From Pachysolen tannophilus NRRL Y-2460 (Eukaryota), in the NCBI GenBank assembly GCA_001661245.1, contig KV454016.1, positions 1,052,268-1,116,267 of the forward strand: DNA of 64,000 nt, in the 5' to 3' direction. The translations under genes and the position numbers were made by a program. Numbering within the stretch: position 1 is the first letter of the stretch; the number at the start of each line of letters is the position of its first letter. Under the pieces are notes generated by a model, which saw only the letters and a program-made list of their open reading frames with translations, was not told the DNA's origin and ran no database searches. Below, in pieces: positions 39,810 through 50,082 of this stretch.

Positions 39810-42086
39810 CTACTTCTTGTCTAGGTTACTATTAAAATAATGAGGAGCTAATTCTTCTAACCAATGTTCTCTTATAGGAATACAGTTTCTCATGTACTGT
39901 TTTGAAGTTAAAACCAATTCATTATAAACTATCAATTTTGGTGGAGGTTTGACTTTAAACAAGATACTTGAAGGATGGATAAAAACATTTTGTTGTTTTT
40001 TTATTGATTTGTATGAATCTCCTAATTTTGATAATTTGGCTGTATGTGGGAAAAATCCCGAAACTATTGATTTTTGTACATTGATTAATTGTTGTTCTGG
40101 TAATAATTTATTTTCCACAATAATATTTTTCACAATTTTCAATTTTACACATATTCTTTTTAATTGATTTCTAATATTTTTAACTCTTTGTAATGTCTTG
40201 GATTGTAAAAAAAAATCTCTACACCATTGATTTGAATATCCATTATCTTTATACTGATTATAAATTTCTAATAAAGTTAAATGATCTCCTCCTTCAATTT
40301 TACTAAAAGATTCTCTCAGTTGATCCGCTTGTAATTTTTTTTCTTTTGGACGATAAAATAGAGAATTAGATTCACCCAACATTGACATTATTGTTAAAAT
40401 TTCTTCAACACAATTAAATTTTTCACTTGAAATAATACTTTTTGAAATCATTGGATCTGTTGGAAATTCACACATTTGGAAACCTAATTTAGTTAAATTT
40501 CCCTTATCGTTCATTGCACCTAATGCATATAACAATTCTAATGATTTTATTAAACTTTCATTTGATGGAGGATCCATAAATTCAAAATGCAACAAATCAT
40601 TGATCCCCATGGATAATAATAATAATACAATACTTGACAAATTAGAACGTAAAATTTCTGGCGTTGGATTAGATTCTAATTCATTGAAATAAGCCCATTT
40701 AGTGAATAATCTAAAACATTTTCCCGGACCAACTCTTCCAGCTCTTCCAGCTCTTTGATCTACTGAAGCCCGTGAACAAGGTGTAATCACCAACAGCTCC
40801 ATTCCTGTTGATGGATTATAAACATTTTCCTTAACAAAGCCCGGATCTATAACATATACTATACCGTCGATAGTAATAGAAGTTTCAGCTATATTTGTAG
40901 CCAAGACAACTTTCCTGGCATTTTCAGGTGTTTTTTCAAAAATTTTCTGTTGTATTTCAGGAGGTAAATTGGCATAGATGGGACATATCAACATTTCCTT
41001 AATTTTTGATCCCAACTTCCCACATGTTTCAGTTAAACTCTCAACTATTGATTCAATTTCATCTTGACCAGTTAAAAATACTAATATATCACCTTTTGGT
41101 TGAGTGGTATGTATTTGGAAAATAGTTGTCAATGCAGCTTGAACATAGTTTGCTTCTGGTTGTAAAGTATAGTACACATCCACTGGGAATTTTCTTCCAG
41201 GAACACTAAAGATAGGTGCATTATTGAAAAATTCAGAAAATTTCGAGGCATTAATTGTAGCAGACATGACTATTACTTTAAGATCTTTTCTTCTAGTTAT
41301 TAATTGTTTGAGCAAGGACAAAATCAAATCCGTAGCACTTGTTCTTTCATGTGCTTCATCAATCATTATTACAGAATATTTTGATAGTTCTGGGTCCACA
41401 GAAAATTCTTTTAATAACATACCATCAGTTAAATATTTTAAAATTGTCTTATCACTAGATTTATCCTCAAATCTAATTGTATAACCAACTTCATTCCCTA
41501 ATTTCACATTCATTTCTTCTGCTACACGAGTGGCAACACTCGTAGCAGCCACTCTACGTGGTTGAGTACATGCAATTGTTAATCCATGATTGAGTTCCTG
41601 TTCAATCAAGTATTGAGGAATTTGAGTAGTTTTACCAGAACCTGTTTCACCAACTAGAATTAAAACTTGATATTTCTGAACAGAATCCAATATTTCATCT
41701 CTATATTTATATACAGGCAAAGATTTCCGTTGATCAGATATAGATTTAAGTCTTTGACGTTGTAATTCTTTTTCTTGTTCTATTGCAATATCTTTTTCAT
41801 CTTTTAAAGTTGATATTTCATCTATTAATTTCGAATCTAATGCAAAATCAATTTTTGAATCAAATACAAATTCGTATTTCTCATTTCCTGGAAGTGATAT
41901 TTCATCAGGATTTTTAAAATTCTTATCGTTGGTATTAGTCTTGGATCTTTTAACTTGCTGAGATTCCCAACTTATATTACTATAATCATTTCTATTTCTT
42001 TTAGAAGTCAACAATTGCTCTTTATGTTTTCTATCATTAGATTCCAGCGGCAATTGATAAATATTATCCCCACTTGACCGTTTCAT
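39810..42086 (-). CDS. PRP2: DEAH-box spliceosomal RNA helicase Prp2/DHX16
   Basis: GETGSGKTTQIPQ, DEAHER, SAT and PCSRASVDQRAGRAGRVGPGKCFR motifs; first ATG at 42086. Confidence 0.88.
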   Translation of the reverse strand: MKRSSGDNIYQLPLESNDRKHKEQLLTSKRNRNDYSNISWESQQVKRSKTNTNDKNFKNPDEISLPGNEKYEFVFDSKIDFALDSKLIDEISTLKDEKDIAIEQEKELQRQRLKSISDQRKSLPVYKYRDEILDSVQKYQVLILVGETGSGKTTQIPQYLIEQELNHGLTIACTQPRRVAATSVATRVAEEMNVKLGNEVGYTIRFEDKSSDKTILKYLTDGMLLKEFSVDPELSKYSVIMIDEAHERTSATDLILSLLKQLITRRKDLKVIVMSATINASKFSEFFNNAPIFSVPGRKFPVDVYYTLQPEANYVQAALTTIFQIHTTQPKGDILVFLTGQDEIESIVESLTETCGKLGSKIKEMLICPIYANLPPEIQQKIFEKTPENARKVVLATNIAETSITIDGIVYVIDPGFVKENVYNPSTGMELLVITPCSRASVDQRAGRAGRVGPGKCFRLFTKWAYFNELESNPTPEILRSNLSSIVLLLLSMGINDLLHFEFMDPPSNESLIKSLELLYALGAMNDKGNLTKLGFQMCEFPTDPMISKSIISSEKFNCVEEILTIMSMLGESNSLFYRPKEKKLQADQLRESFSKIEGGDHLTLLEIYNQYKDNGYSNQWCRDFFLQSKTLQRVKNIRNQLKRICVKLKIVKNIIVENKLLPEQQLINVQKSIVSGFFPHTAKLSKLGDSYKSIKKQQNVFIHPSSILFKVKPPPKLIVYNELVLTSKQYMRNCIPIREHWLEELAPHYFNSNLDKK

Positions 42087-42210
42087 GTTTCTAGACACTG
42101 ATCTGAACCGCAAATTACATCAACTAACCAACTAACTTATTTCTGATGAGATTGCAAAAAAAAAAAAAAAAAAAAAAAATAAACCAAGATAAAATTAAAA
42201 AAAAATTAAT

Positions 42211-42283
42211 TGGACGAGTCAGGAATCGAACCCGAGACCTTTCGCATGCTAAGCGAACGCGCTACCAACTACGCCACACGCCC
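42211..42283 (-). tRNA. tRNA-Ala (AGC)
   Basis: Reverse complement GGGCGTGTGGCGTAGTTGGTAGCGCGTTCGCTTAGCATGCGAAAGGTCTCGGGTTCGATTCCTGACTCGTCCA; G3:U70 pair; T-tract downstream on the minus strand. Confidence 0.96.
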
Positions 42284-42490
42284 TAAATTAACATCATGGA
42301 ATAACACTTTGTTTCAATAGTGGTTTGTGCTCTCCGCAAAGTACTGGTAAAACCAAAATCCTTTCTTTGACAGGAAGAACTTTTTAATCTACAAATGGAA
42401 TGAGAATTAAATACTGGAATTGTTTAGTCACATTGTACCATAAGAGCAAATGCATAATCCATGTCGCCTATCGCTGGTAGTATATAACTC

Positions 42491-44320
42491 ATGTTGAATA
42501 CCCTTTTCCATAGGCACCTGAATTTATTGAGGTCATCTGTGTCGTTTTCAATTTGCAAAAGAAGGTTTAGAAACAATTTTTTTATTTGGGTTGGGAATTG
42601 GAAGATAAGAGAAAACTGTTTAATCTCTGTGCGACAATATTCACAAGAACCGCTAAAACTGAGTATATCTGAATTCAAGGGTGAAAATGATTTAGAGAAA
42701 TTGCAAGGGTGGGTTGAGGTATTCATTGAACGTTCAAGTCAGGCTATACAAAAAGATGATATTCCACTAAGTATTGAATATGCGTTGAAAAAGCTAGTTA
42801 GAGATTATATTAAACAGAAAGACCCACCAATTGGTGAAGATTCATCAAATGATTTCTTGGATATTTTTGAGTCTAAAGATGATTTAGATGTTGAGCGTTG
42901 TATTAGTTGGATTTCTTTACAATTTGATGGTGCTAGAAATCAATCTATTGAAAAACAAAGAATAAATACCAAAAGATACAATTTATCAACTTTATCATAT
43001 TCACAATTTTTAAAACAATTATATCCGTTGAAAGAGAATATAGGACCCACGAAGTATAAAATTGATTTTCGAAAATTATTTGATTCCTATTTGTTATTAC
43101 CAAGTCCGAGGCCATTATATATTAAAAGTTATCATTTTGAAAAATTGTTAAAGACTTTATTACATTCTGTAAATGAGGAAAATTTTTTTTTATTAAAGTT
43201 TTGGGAAGTGATTATTGAAGATATGAGATCTTGTAATCTACCTTTAACAACGAATAATAAAAATAAAGTGTTACAATTATTATTTCATAGCGAAAATAAC
43301 ATTAATTGGGATAACTTGAATTTAGATACAATTGAAAAATTGGAGAAGAGCTTGCAGTTGAATGATATTTCATCTTATAATATTATTTTGAAAGCTTGCT
43401 TAATGAATAAAAATACAAGTTCCGTTTCTAACAATAACTATTATGATGAGTTAATAACTATAATTTTACGGAAAATAAATACAAAGAGATTGAAACCAAA
43501 CAAAGCTACATATGTTTTTTTAATTAATTATTTATCATCAATTAACAGTATCGATCACTTGGCTCAAATTTTATACCACATCTTGGATAAAACTAACATT
43601 AGCTTTGATATTCATATATTAAACGATATCTTAATCGCTTTGTTGAAATGTGGACTTTTCGAGTCATCAACTTTATTGTTAAATCACATCATCGATATTA
43701 CATATTTGAAAATAAATAAAGGAGGTACACTAGAATATTTACAAAGAAACAAAATTAGAGCAATACACAAGAAAAATTTAAAAATTATTGATTTTATTAA
43801 TCAGGAATTAGACAATAAGGATATTATATGGCCCTATTTGATAAATCCAGTTGACAGGACTTTTGACATATATATCAGAAATTATATCGCTAATAAAGAG
43901 TTTTTTGAAAAATTTGAAGTGATATTGAAGTATTTACAATTTATGATGGACCAAAATATATTTATAGATAAGGGAACTTTTGAAACCCTATATGAGTTTT
44001 TCATTAACAATCATGAACGGGATATTAATTCTTTGAATTTTGCAAACTTGATGAAGCTAACAGATTTATTGGTGAATTCGAATAAAAAAAGACAAATGTT
44101 TGTTACGGATACATCAATTTCTAAGACTTTTCAAGCTTTTAAAATGTATTCACCCCATTCTGAATTTACTAGTTTCATTGAAGAAAAAGAGATTCAGATT
44201 TTTGGCCTAATTAAAAAAGCCAACAACTCACAGAAAGCTGTTGATATTCATGATGTATTTTATGCTAGAGACCAGATGTATTTCAGAACATTAGAAATTG
44301 TTGTAAACACTAATAAATAG
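42491..44320 (+). CDS. Probable mitochondrial PPR-like protein
   Basis: Basic, Arg-rich N-terminus; PPR-like repeats DISSYNIILK, KPNKATYVFLI, DIHILNDILIAL, PVDRTFDIYI. Confidence 0.65.
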   Translation: MLNTLFHRHLNLLRSSVSFSICKRRFRNNFFIWVGNWKIRENCLISVRQYSQEPLKLSISEFKGENDLEKLQGWVEVFIERSSQAIQKDDIPLSIEYALKKLVRDYIKQKDPPIGEDSSNDFLDIFESKDDLDVERCISWISLQFDGARNQSIEKQRINTKRYNLSTLSYSQFLKQLYPLKENIGPTKYKIDFRKLFDSYLLLPSPRPLYIKSYHFEKLLKTLLHSVNEENFFLLKFWEVIIEDMRSCNLPLTTNNKNKVLQLLFHSENNINWDNLNLDTIEKLEKSLQLNDISSYNIILKACLMNKNTSSVSNNNYYDELITIILRKINTKRLKPNKATYVFLINYLSSINSIDHLAQILYHILDKTNISFDIHILNDILIALLKCGLFESSTLLLNHIIDITYLKINKGGTLEYLQRNKIRAIHKKNLKIIDFINQELDNKDIIWPYLINPVDRTFDIYIRNYIANKEFFEKFEVILKYLQFMMDQNIFIDKGTFETLYEFFINNHERDINSLNFANLMKLTDLLVNSNKKRQMFVTDTSISKTFQAFKMYSPHSEFTSFIEEKEIQIFGLIKKANNSQKAVDIHDVFYARDQMYFRTLEIVVNTNK

Positions 44321-44356
44321 AGAATAAAAGTAATATTTATTTTATCATTCGTCGTT

Positions 44357-46732
44357 TTAAAGTTCTTCTAAATACTTATTTAAATACCTATTTTTCAAAT
44401 TTAACTGTCTAATAACATCCCAGATTTCAGCATCATATTCATTCAAAATTTCGACTATATCAATAATCGGATCTTGTCTTTCTTCAAAGTTATTATTTTC
44501 AACGTACGCTTTAACAATTTCACCATACCTATTTCTTAAAGTTTGTGGATCTTCACCTTCAAAAGACACAAAATTTTTCTTAAGCGATGGTTCAGGAATT
44601 CTGGGCTTCATATAACTTTTAATGAAAATAAGAGAAGTCCTGATTTTTTCTTCCAAACATGATAATGTTGTTTCAGCGTCATACGTCAAAATATTGGATA
44701 ATTTTCTATTTGCCTTATTAATAACTTTGATATTACCGAATTGTCTAGCATTATATTTCTCCGATATTTCTCTGTCATGAGTAATATTGAAACCTAGAAA
44801 CCAGTTTAAATTTTCCAAAAGAACTAAATCATTATCGCTATTTTCAGGATCAGTAATTTCATCATAATTTACAAAAAAACTAGTGGAATGTTCATCAGTA
44901 AGTGCATTTTGCAATATTTTTTTAAAAATTTTTAATTTCATATCCAATAAATTTTCACCTTCAACTTGTTCTTTATCGACGGAAAAATTTAAAAATTCAT
45001 TTCTATAAGGAAATGATACTATGTTTTTTACTGTGAAATCTTTTAAATTTAACGACGATATTGTTGTTAACGGGTGTGGAGTTGCTATTAATTGTAAGAC
45101 TTTTCTTTCTTCTTTTTCAAAATCATTATCCATATTTAATGAAGACTTTATTACAAGATTTTTATTTTCACATTTGGGTATTAATGTTTTCAAAACGTTT
45201 TCATAACCTTCAATTGATTTCAAGTTTTCTTTATTATAAAGATTTTCGTTATTGTCAATTTGTTTCAAATCTTGTTTAATACTATCCCACCTTTCTTTCA
45301 ATTTCAAACTTCGCACTTTTAGGAAGTTTTCTGGAATTGGATATCCAACTTCAATCAATTTTGATGGACATTTACTCATTTTTTTCCCAATTCTGATTAA
45401 ATTTTTTGATAAAAGATTGTTTGGTAATGCAATTGGATCAATTATATTTATATCTGTACTAATTCTATTCAAAAATAAGGTATGTTGATGTAGATCAATA
45501 GATTGAAGCACTTTATCAAACAAAAATTTATTAGTTGTATCTGCAAGAGCTGGATTCAATTCTTTTATATTATCTATTGAATATCGACCAAACAAGTCTG
45601 TATAATAGTTGCTCGCTGGAAGCTTATTTGTAAAATTTTTTGTATGTAAAATGGAATTTAATGCTGTTTTCAATGAATTTTTATTAATAATTAAAAAATC
45701 TTCTTCATCTGAAGTTACTATATCTTGCTCTGCTAATTTTTTATGGAAACAACTTTTCAATAAATTTTGTTTAAATTTAACAAAATCATTTTCATTATCA
45801 ATAATTGGGAAAAGTTTATAATCTATGTATATACCATTTTGTATTCTATCATTACCTTCAGTATTTAAATAATCATGCAAACCTAATAATTTTAAATTTA
45901 AATTAGATAAAAGTAAATCAGGATATTGATTTTCAAATAAATTAATGAAATAATTTTTATTATTAATATCAGGTTTTTTCTTTTGAGATTTGAAAAAGCT
46001 AAATCCCAATGCTTTTTTTTGTTTAACATTATTTTTTTGTTTAAATTTTTTACGATTTTCAATCAATTTTTTCCTTCTTTCTTTTCTTTGTTTTATTCGT
46101 TCATCTCTAGTTAAAGAATTTGGGTCTTTAAGTATTAATTTTTCAATATCACTGTCGCTTTCTCTATTAAGTTTACTATCATCTTTATTCCCATTATTAT
46201 AATCATCATCATCATAATCATTATCATCATCATTATCTTTCTTGTAGTTCAGTAAAATTTCTTTTGGATTTAAAATTGTTGGATTAACACCTAAAGAATA
46301 ATAAAATTTCACCCATTTTTTCAATAATTTTTTTTCAAATAATTGTTCTTCAATAGGTAATTTTTCAACATCATTTTCATTAAAATATGTAAATACAGGA
46401 CAATTATTTGGATTATTGATCAAAGATTTAAATTTTATAAGTGATGGGGTATTATCCTGAGATATTAAAGACTCACTTAAATCAGCTATACTTGTCCCTC
46501 CATTATCATAACTCTGATTTATAAATTCTTGAATATAATTTCTTGGAGATACAGAAGATTGATCTCTTAAGATAAAATAACATAAAAATATCAGTATTAA
46601 AATCAGCGGTATTAAATATTTTAAATGAACCCTGTTTTTCCTTAAAAAAAGCTTGAACCTCGCAACAGCCAATCCATTCTTCCTTTTCCTATACCCACCA
46701 CCATGACTACTGTTCATCAGTTGAAACCTCAT
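44357..46732 (-). CDS. Type II membrane protein of unknown function (single N-terminal TM, large luminal domain)
   Basis: 791-aa ORF; basic cytosolic tail then hydrophobic YLIP.ILI.IFLCYFIL. Confidence 0.7.
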   Translation of the reverse strand: MRFQLMNSSHGGGYRKRKNGLAVARFKLFLRKNRVHLKYLIPLILILIFLCYFILRDQSSVSPRNYIQEFINQSYDNGGTSIADLSESLISQDNTPSLIKFKSLINNPNNCPVFTYFNENDVEKLPIEEQLFEKKLLKKWVKFYYSLGVNPTILNPKEILLNYKKDNDDDNDYDDDDYNNGNKDDSKLNRESDSDIEKLILKDPNSLTRDERIKQRKERRKKLIENRKKFKQKNNVKQKKALGFSFFKSQKKKPDINNKNYFINLFENQYPDLLLSNLNLKLLGLHDYLNTEGNDRIQNGIYIDYKLFPIIDNENDFVKFKQNLLKSCFHKKLAEQDIVTSDEEDFLIINKNSLKTALNSILHTKNFTNKLPASNYYTDLFGRYSIDNIKELNPALADTTNKFLFDKVLQSIDLHQHTLFLNRISTDINIIDPIALPNNLLSKNLIRIGKKMSKCPSKLIEVGYPIPENFLKVRSLKLKERWDSIKQDLKQIDNNENLYNKENLKSIEGYENVLKTLIPKCENKNLVIKSSLNMDNDFEKEERKVLQLIATPHPLTTISSLNLKDFTVKNIVSFPYRNEFLNFSVDKEQVEGENLLDMKLKIFKKILQNALTDEHSTSFFVNYDEITDPENSDNDLVLLENLNWFLGFNITHDREISEKYNARQFGNIKVINKANRKLSNILTYDAETTLSCLEEKIRTSLIFIKSYMKPRIPEPSLKKNFVSFEGEDPQTLRNRYGEIVKAYVENNNFEERQDPIIDIVEILNEYDAEIWDVIRQLNLKNRYLNKYLEEL

Positions 46733-46963
46733 ACTTTCTTTCCCATTAGAAAAAGAAAATTCAAAGAGTTTTCAGAAAATCTTATTATAAACAAATTCAT
46801 TTACTACATTAAAGTTTCTTTCAGTTATAGCTTAAAAGAGATGAGTTGGGCTTCTCGAAGAAAATCAACTAAGACTGAAACAGGGGCTGAAAACCTACAA
46901 TTAGCAAATAGCAAAATAAAAAAAACAAAAAAAAAACAAAATAGGGGCGGCAGGAAGAAGAAG

Positions 46964-47430
46964 TCCAATACATAGAGCCACAGTTACAGAGGCATCTGCA
47001 GCATTCCCATTTTGTTTCAAAATTTCAATACCCATCTTGGAACAAAGAGGAACATCACATGCAACTGCACCATTCCGAGCTTTTACAAGATGTTTCTCTG
47101 AAGGCTCTAAAGTTGGACCACCAATAGATTTCCCAAGTTCCAATTCCTGTTCATAAGCCAATACTCTTTCATTCTCAATTGCTCTATACCCACTACCTCC
47201 GAATTTAAAACATATTTTTAAAAACTAACAACAACATTATCATTTATATCATCACTATCATGACCTCTTTCACCATGATCACAAAAATAAAATAATGTAC
47301 CGAATATTAAAAGTAAAAAAGTAAATAATTTATACTTGAAACTTGAATCATTCAGCCGTCTCCTTCTTTGATTAACTGATAATGGCAAAATACTCTCACC
47401 ACCTATTCTACTCTTTTTCTCATTCATCAT
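46964..47430 (-). CDS. ECM38: Gamma-glutamyltranspeptidase 5' portion on the opposite strand, with a 1-nt frameshift at about 47220-47224
   Basis: MMNEKK...TM (KLFTFLLLIFGTLFYF)...HLVKARNGAVACDVPLCSKMGIEILKQNGNAADASVTVALCIG is the canonical GGT N-terminus. Confidence 0.88.
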
Positions 47431-47606
47431 AAATTAAGTAACAAAATATCCATAAGATCAAAATAAATAGTAAAGCAAAAAGGAAAAAAAAAAAAAAAAA
47501 AATAAAATATATTAGTAATTTCTAATTGATAAGGTCTATCTTTCCTGTTATCGGAAAAAGCTTCCATGCAGAACAGAACTTTTGATGAAAGTTTTCAAAT
47601 TTTCAT
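46964..47606. other. Inverted segment of about 645 bp carrying the ECM38 promoter and first about 156 codons
   Basis: Re-inversion gives TGT ATT GGA CTG ATC AAT TCT CAT TCT TCA GGT (CIG-X-INSHSSG); 2-bp microhomology AG (46962-46963) / CT (47607-47608). Confidence 0.9.
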
Positions 47607-49169
47607 CTGATCAATTCTCATTCTTCAGGTATTGGTGGTGGTGGGTTTATAGTTTCTAAAAAAATGGATGAAGATGATGCAATTAGTATTGATGCTAGAG
47701 AAATGGCTCCAGGATCGGCATATAAAGATATGTTTAATAATAGAGAAGATTTGGCTAGGATTGGTGGTTTAAGTGTAGGTATACCTGGAGAATTAAAAGG
47801 TTTATATGAATTATATAAACTTCATGGTTCTAAAAATTTAACTTGGCAACAATTAATTCAACCTGTTATAGATTTAACCAATAATGGTTGGATTGTTGGT
47901 GAAGTTTTTGATAAAGTTTTAAAATTGTATACAAAAACATATGCTCCAGGAATTTTTAATAAACAAGATTGGTCATTTGTTTATAATGATGAAACTGGAG
48001 AATTACTTAGTGAAGGTGATTTGATGAAAAGACCTTCACTTTCTCATACTTTATCTTTAGTTGCTCAAAATGGTTCAGATGCAATATTTTATGATTCAGA
48101 AGGTCCAATTGTAAAATCAATTGTTGAAAAAATTCAAGAAAAAGGTGGTATTTTAACTAAATCTGATTTTAGTAAATATAAAATTCGAGTAGAAAAAGCT
48201 TTAATTACAGAAAATTTTACTCATGATAATTATAAAATTTTTACAAGTAATGGAGCATCTTCAGGACTGGCACTTGCTGCAGGTTTAAATATAATGAATA
48301 GTTTTAATGATTTAAATGGGTTTGATTCTACTGCTGAAGATTTTAAACCTATAGAAAGTCATAGATTGATTGAAACTATGAAATGGATGGCTAGTGTTAG
48401 AAGTAATTTTGGTGATTTAAATATTTATTCTAAAAATCAATCTGAAATTGAAGAACATTGGAAAAGATATAAAAAATTTTTAAAACCTGAATGGTCTTTT
48501 GAAATTAATTCAAAGATAAATGATAATTATACATTACCATCATGGAAAGATTATGAACCTGCTTATCAACTGAATAATCCTCATGGTACTGCTCATTTTT
48601 CAATTATTGATAAAGATAATAATGCAGTAGCAATGACAACAACCATCAATTTAATATTTGGATCGTCAATTCATGACCCTGATACAGGTATAATTTTAAA
48701 TGATCAAATGGATGATTTTTCTATACCAACATCACCAAATGCATTTGGATTACAACCATCAATTTATAATTATATTGAACCTTTTAAAAGACCTTTATCA
48801 TCTTCATCACCAACAATTATAATAAATTCCATTTCAAATAAACCTGATTTAATAATTGGTGCCGCTGGCGGTAGTAAAATAACCACATGTGTTGTTCAAG
48901 CCATTATAAGAAATTATCATTACAAGATGGATTTATTAAACGTTATAGCCGCACCAAGATTACACCATCAACTATTACCAGAAATTGTCTCCATAGAAGA
49001 ACCATTAATTAAATATGAACTTGTAGATGAATTGATTAAAAAAGGTCATGAAATTGAATTAGTCCCACACCTGACCCTGATGAATGGAATCCGTTACAAT
49101 GTTCAAGAACAATGTTGGGAAGCAGTTAGTGATTATTGGAGAAAAAGAGGTGAAGCCTATGGTTACTAA
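47607..49169 (+). CDS. ECM38: Gamma-glutamyltranspeptidase 3' portion (520 codons, including the catalytic Thr)
   Basis: INSHSSGIGGGGF, IDAREMAP, HGTAHFS, NDQMDDFS, KRPLSSSSP, GAAGGSKI and PRLHHQL motifs. Confidence 0.92.
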   Translation: MINSHSSGIGGGGFIVSKKMDEDDAISIDAREMAPGSAYKDMFNNREDLARIGGLSVGIPGELKGLYELYKLHGSKNLTWQQLIQPVIDLTNNGWIVGEVFDKVLKLYTKTYAPGIFNKQDWSFVYNDETGELLSEGDLMKRPSLSHTLSLVAQNGSDAIFYDSEGPIVKSIVEKIQEKGGILTKSDFSKYKIRVEKALITENFTHDNYKIFTSNGASSGLALAAGLNIMNSFNDLNGFDSTAEDFKPIESHRLIETMKWMASVRSNFGDLNIYSKNQSEIEEHWKRYKKFLKPEWSFEINSKINDNYTLPSWKDYEPAYQLNNPHGTAHFSIIDKDNNAVAMTTTINLIFGSSIHDPDTGIILNDQMDDFSIPTSPNAFGLQPSIYNYIEPFKRPLSSSSPTIIINSISNKPDLIIGAAGGSKITTCVVQAIIRNYHYKMDLLNVIAAPRLHHQLLPEIVSIEEPLIKYELVDELIKKGHEIELVPHLTLMNGIRYNVQEQCWEAVSDYWRKRGEAYGY

Positions 49170-49581
49170 ATATTACATTATTTTCTGTATCTAAAAAATA
49201 ATAGAAACTAAAGGTGGGCTATATAAGCTGGGTTATTCGCGGATGCAATTTAAAGTACGTTCAATTTCTTCATCTTGTTTGAAGTTAAAATGTGTTTTTT
49301 TTTGTTTTTTCTGCTTTTTGATACTAAGCGTGTTTATGTCTCTTTTTTTGAGTTCCAGAACTTTTCTTTATTTTTGTTTATTTATATTGTTGATCTCTTA
49401 CCAGGGGTAAAAAAAAAAAAAAAATGACACTATAAATAATTACATTTAAATTAAATTTTTTGAACATCATTGATCTTATATTAAAAAAACCCCTTATCAT
49501 TATATAATCAACTTTACAATATATTATTATATATTATTATTATTGTTGTGTTGTACCTGACTTACTTTACTTACTTACTTA

Positions 49582-49620
49582 GTGACGTGGTGAAGAGTGA
49601 CGTGGTGACGTGGTGACGTT
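49582..49620. repeat. Four GTGACGT(G/T) octamers (CRE/ATF-like) upstream of MSB1
   Basis: Copies at 49582, 49597, 49605 and 49613, preceded by TTAC repeats. Confidence 0.8.
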
Positions 49621-50082
49621 TCGACTTTGTTATTGATTTTTGTAGTTAAAAATTCCCGATCTTATCGTGTAATTTAAAGTGTAATTTATACACTTTAAAT
49701 ACGATTTTAAAAACGGAATTTTCCCATTTAACTTGAGGTTTTTTTTTACAAAAAATCCCGTTTGTTTACAATTTTTTTTTTTTTTTTTTTTTAAACAGCG
49801 CTTAAAATCGAAGAGGACAAAATTTAGAAACCTCTTTCTTAAAATTATACCTATATTTATTATTTATATTTTTTTTATATATTTGATACTTATAAGAAGG
49901 TAATAAAAAGCTTGAAAGTGTGTTGGTGGATCTGTAAGAGTAGGATTTATATATTAATAAAATAATTAATTTTGAAGAAGGGGAGAAGAGAAGAGAAAAA
50001 AAAAAAAAATTAATATTGGGAACGTTGTTGGATAATAAATTTTGAGTTATTTTAAGACTTCTGGTTTAAGTATTTAAAAATA

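Noticed and set aside
39597..39824. 75-aa ORF
   Set aside because: Overlaps tRNA-Asp and its poly-T terminator.
42211..42283. tRNA-Ala as the CUG-decoding tRNA
   Set aside because: The anticodon is AGC, not CAG.
46901..47430. 70-aa and 86-aa minus-strand ORFs as separate small genes
   Set aside because: They are the frameshifted 5' part of ECM38.
26685..47608. Trans-splicing as the way the split ERV41 and ECM38 halves are joined
   Set aside because: The junctions lack consensus donor, branch and AG acceptor signals; simple DNA inversion explains them exactly.
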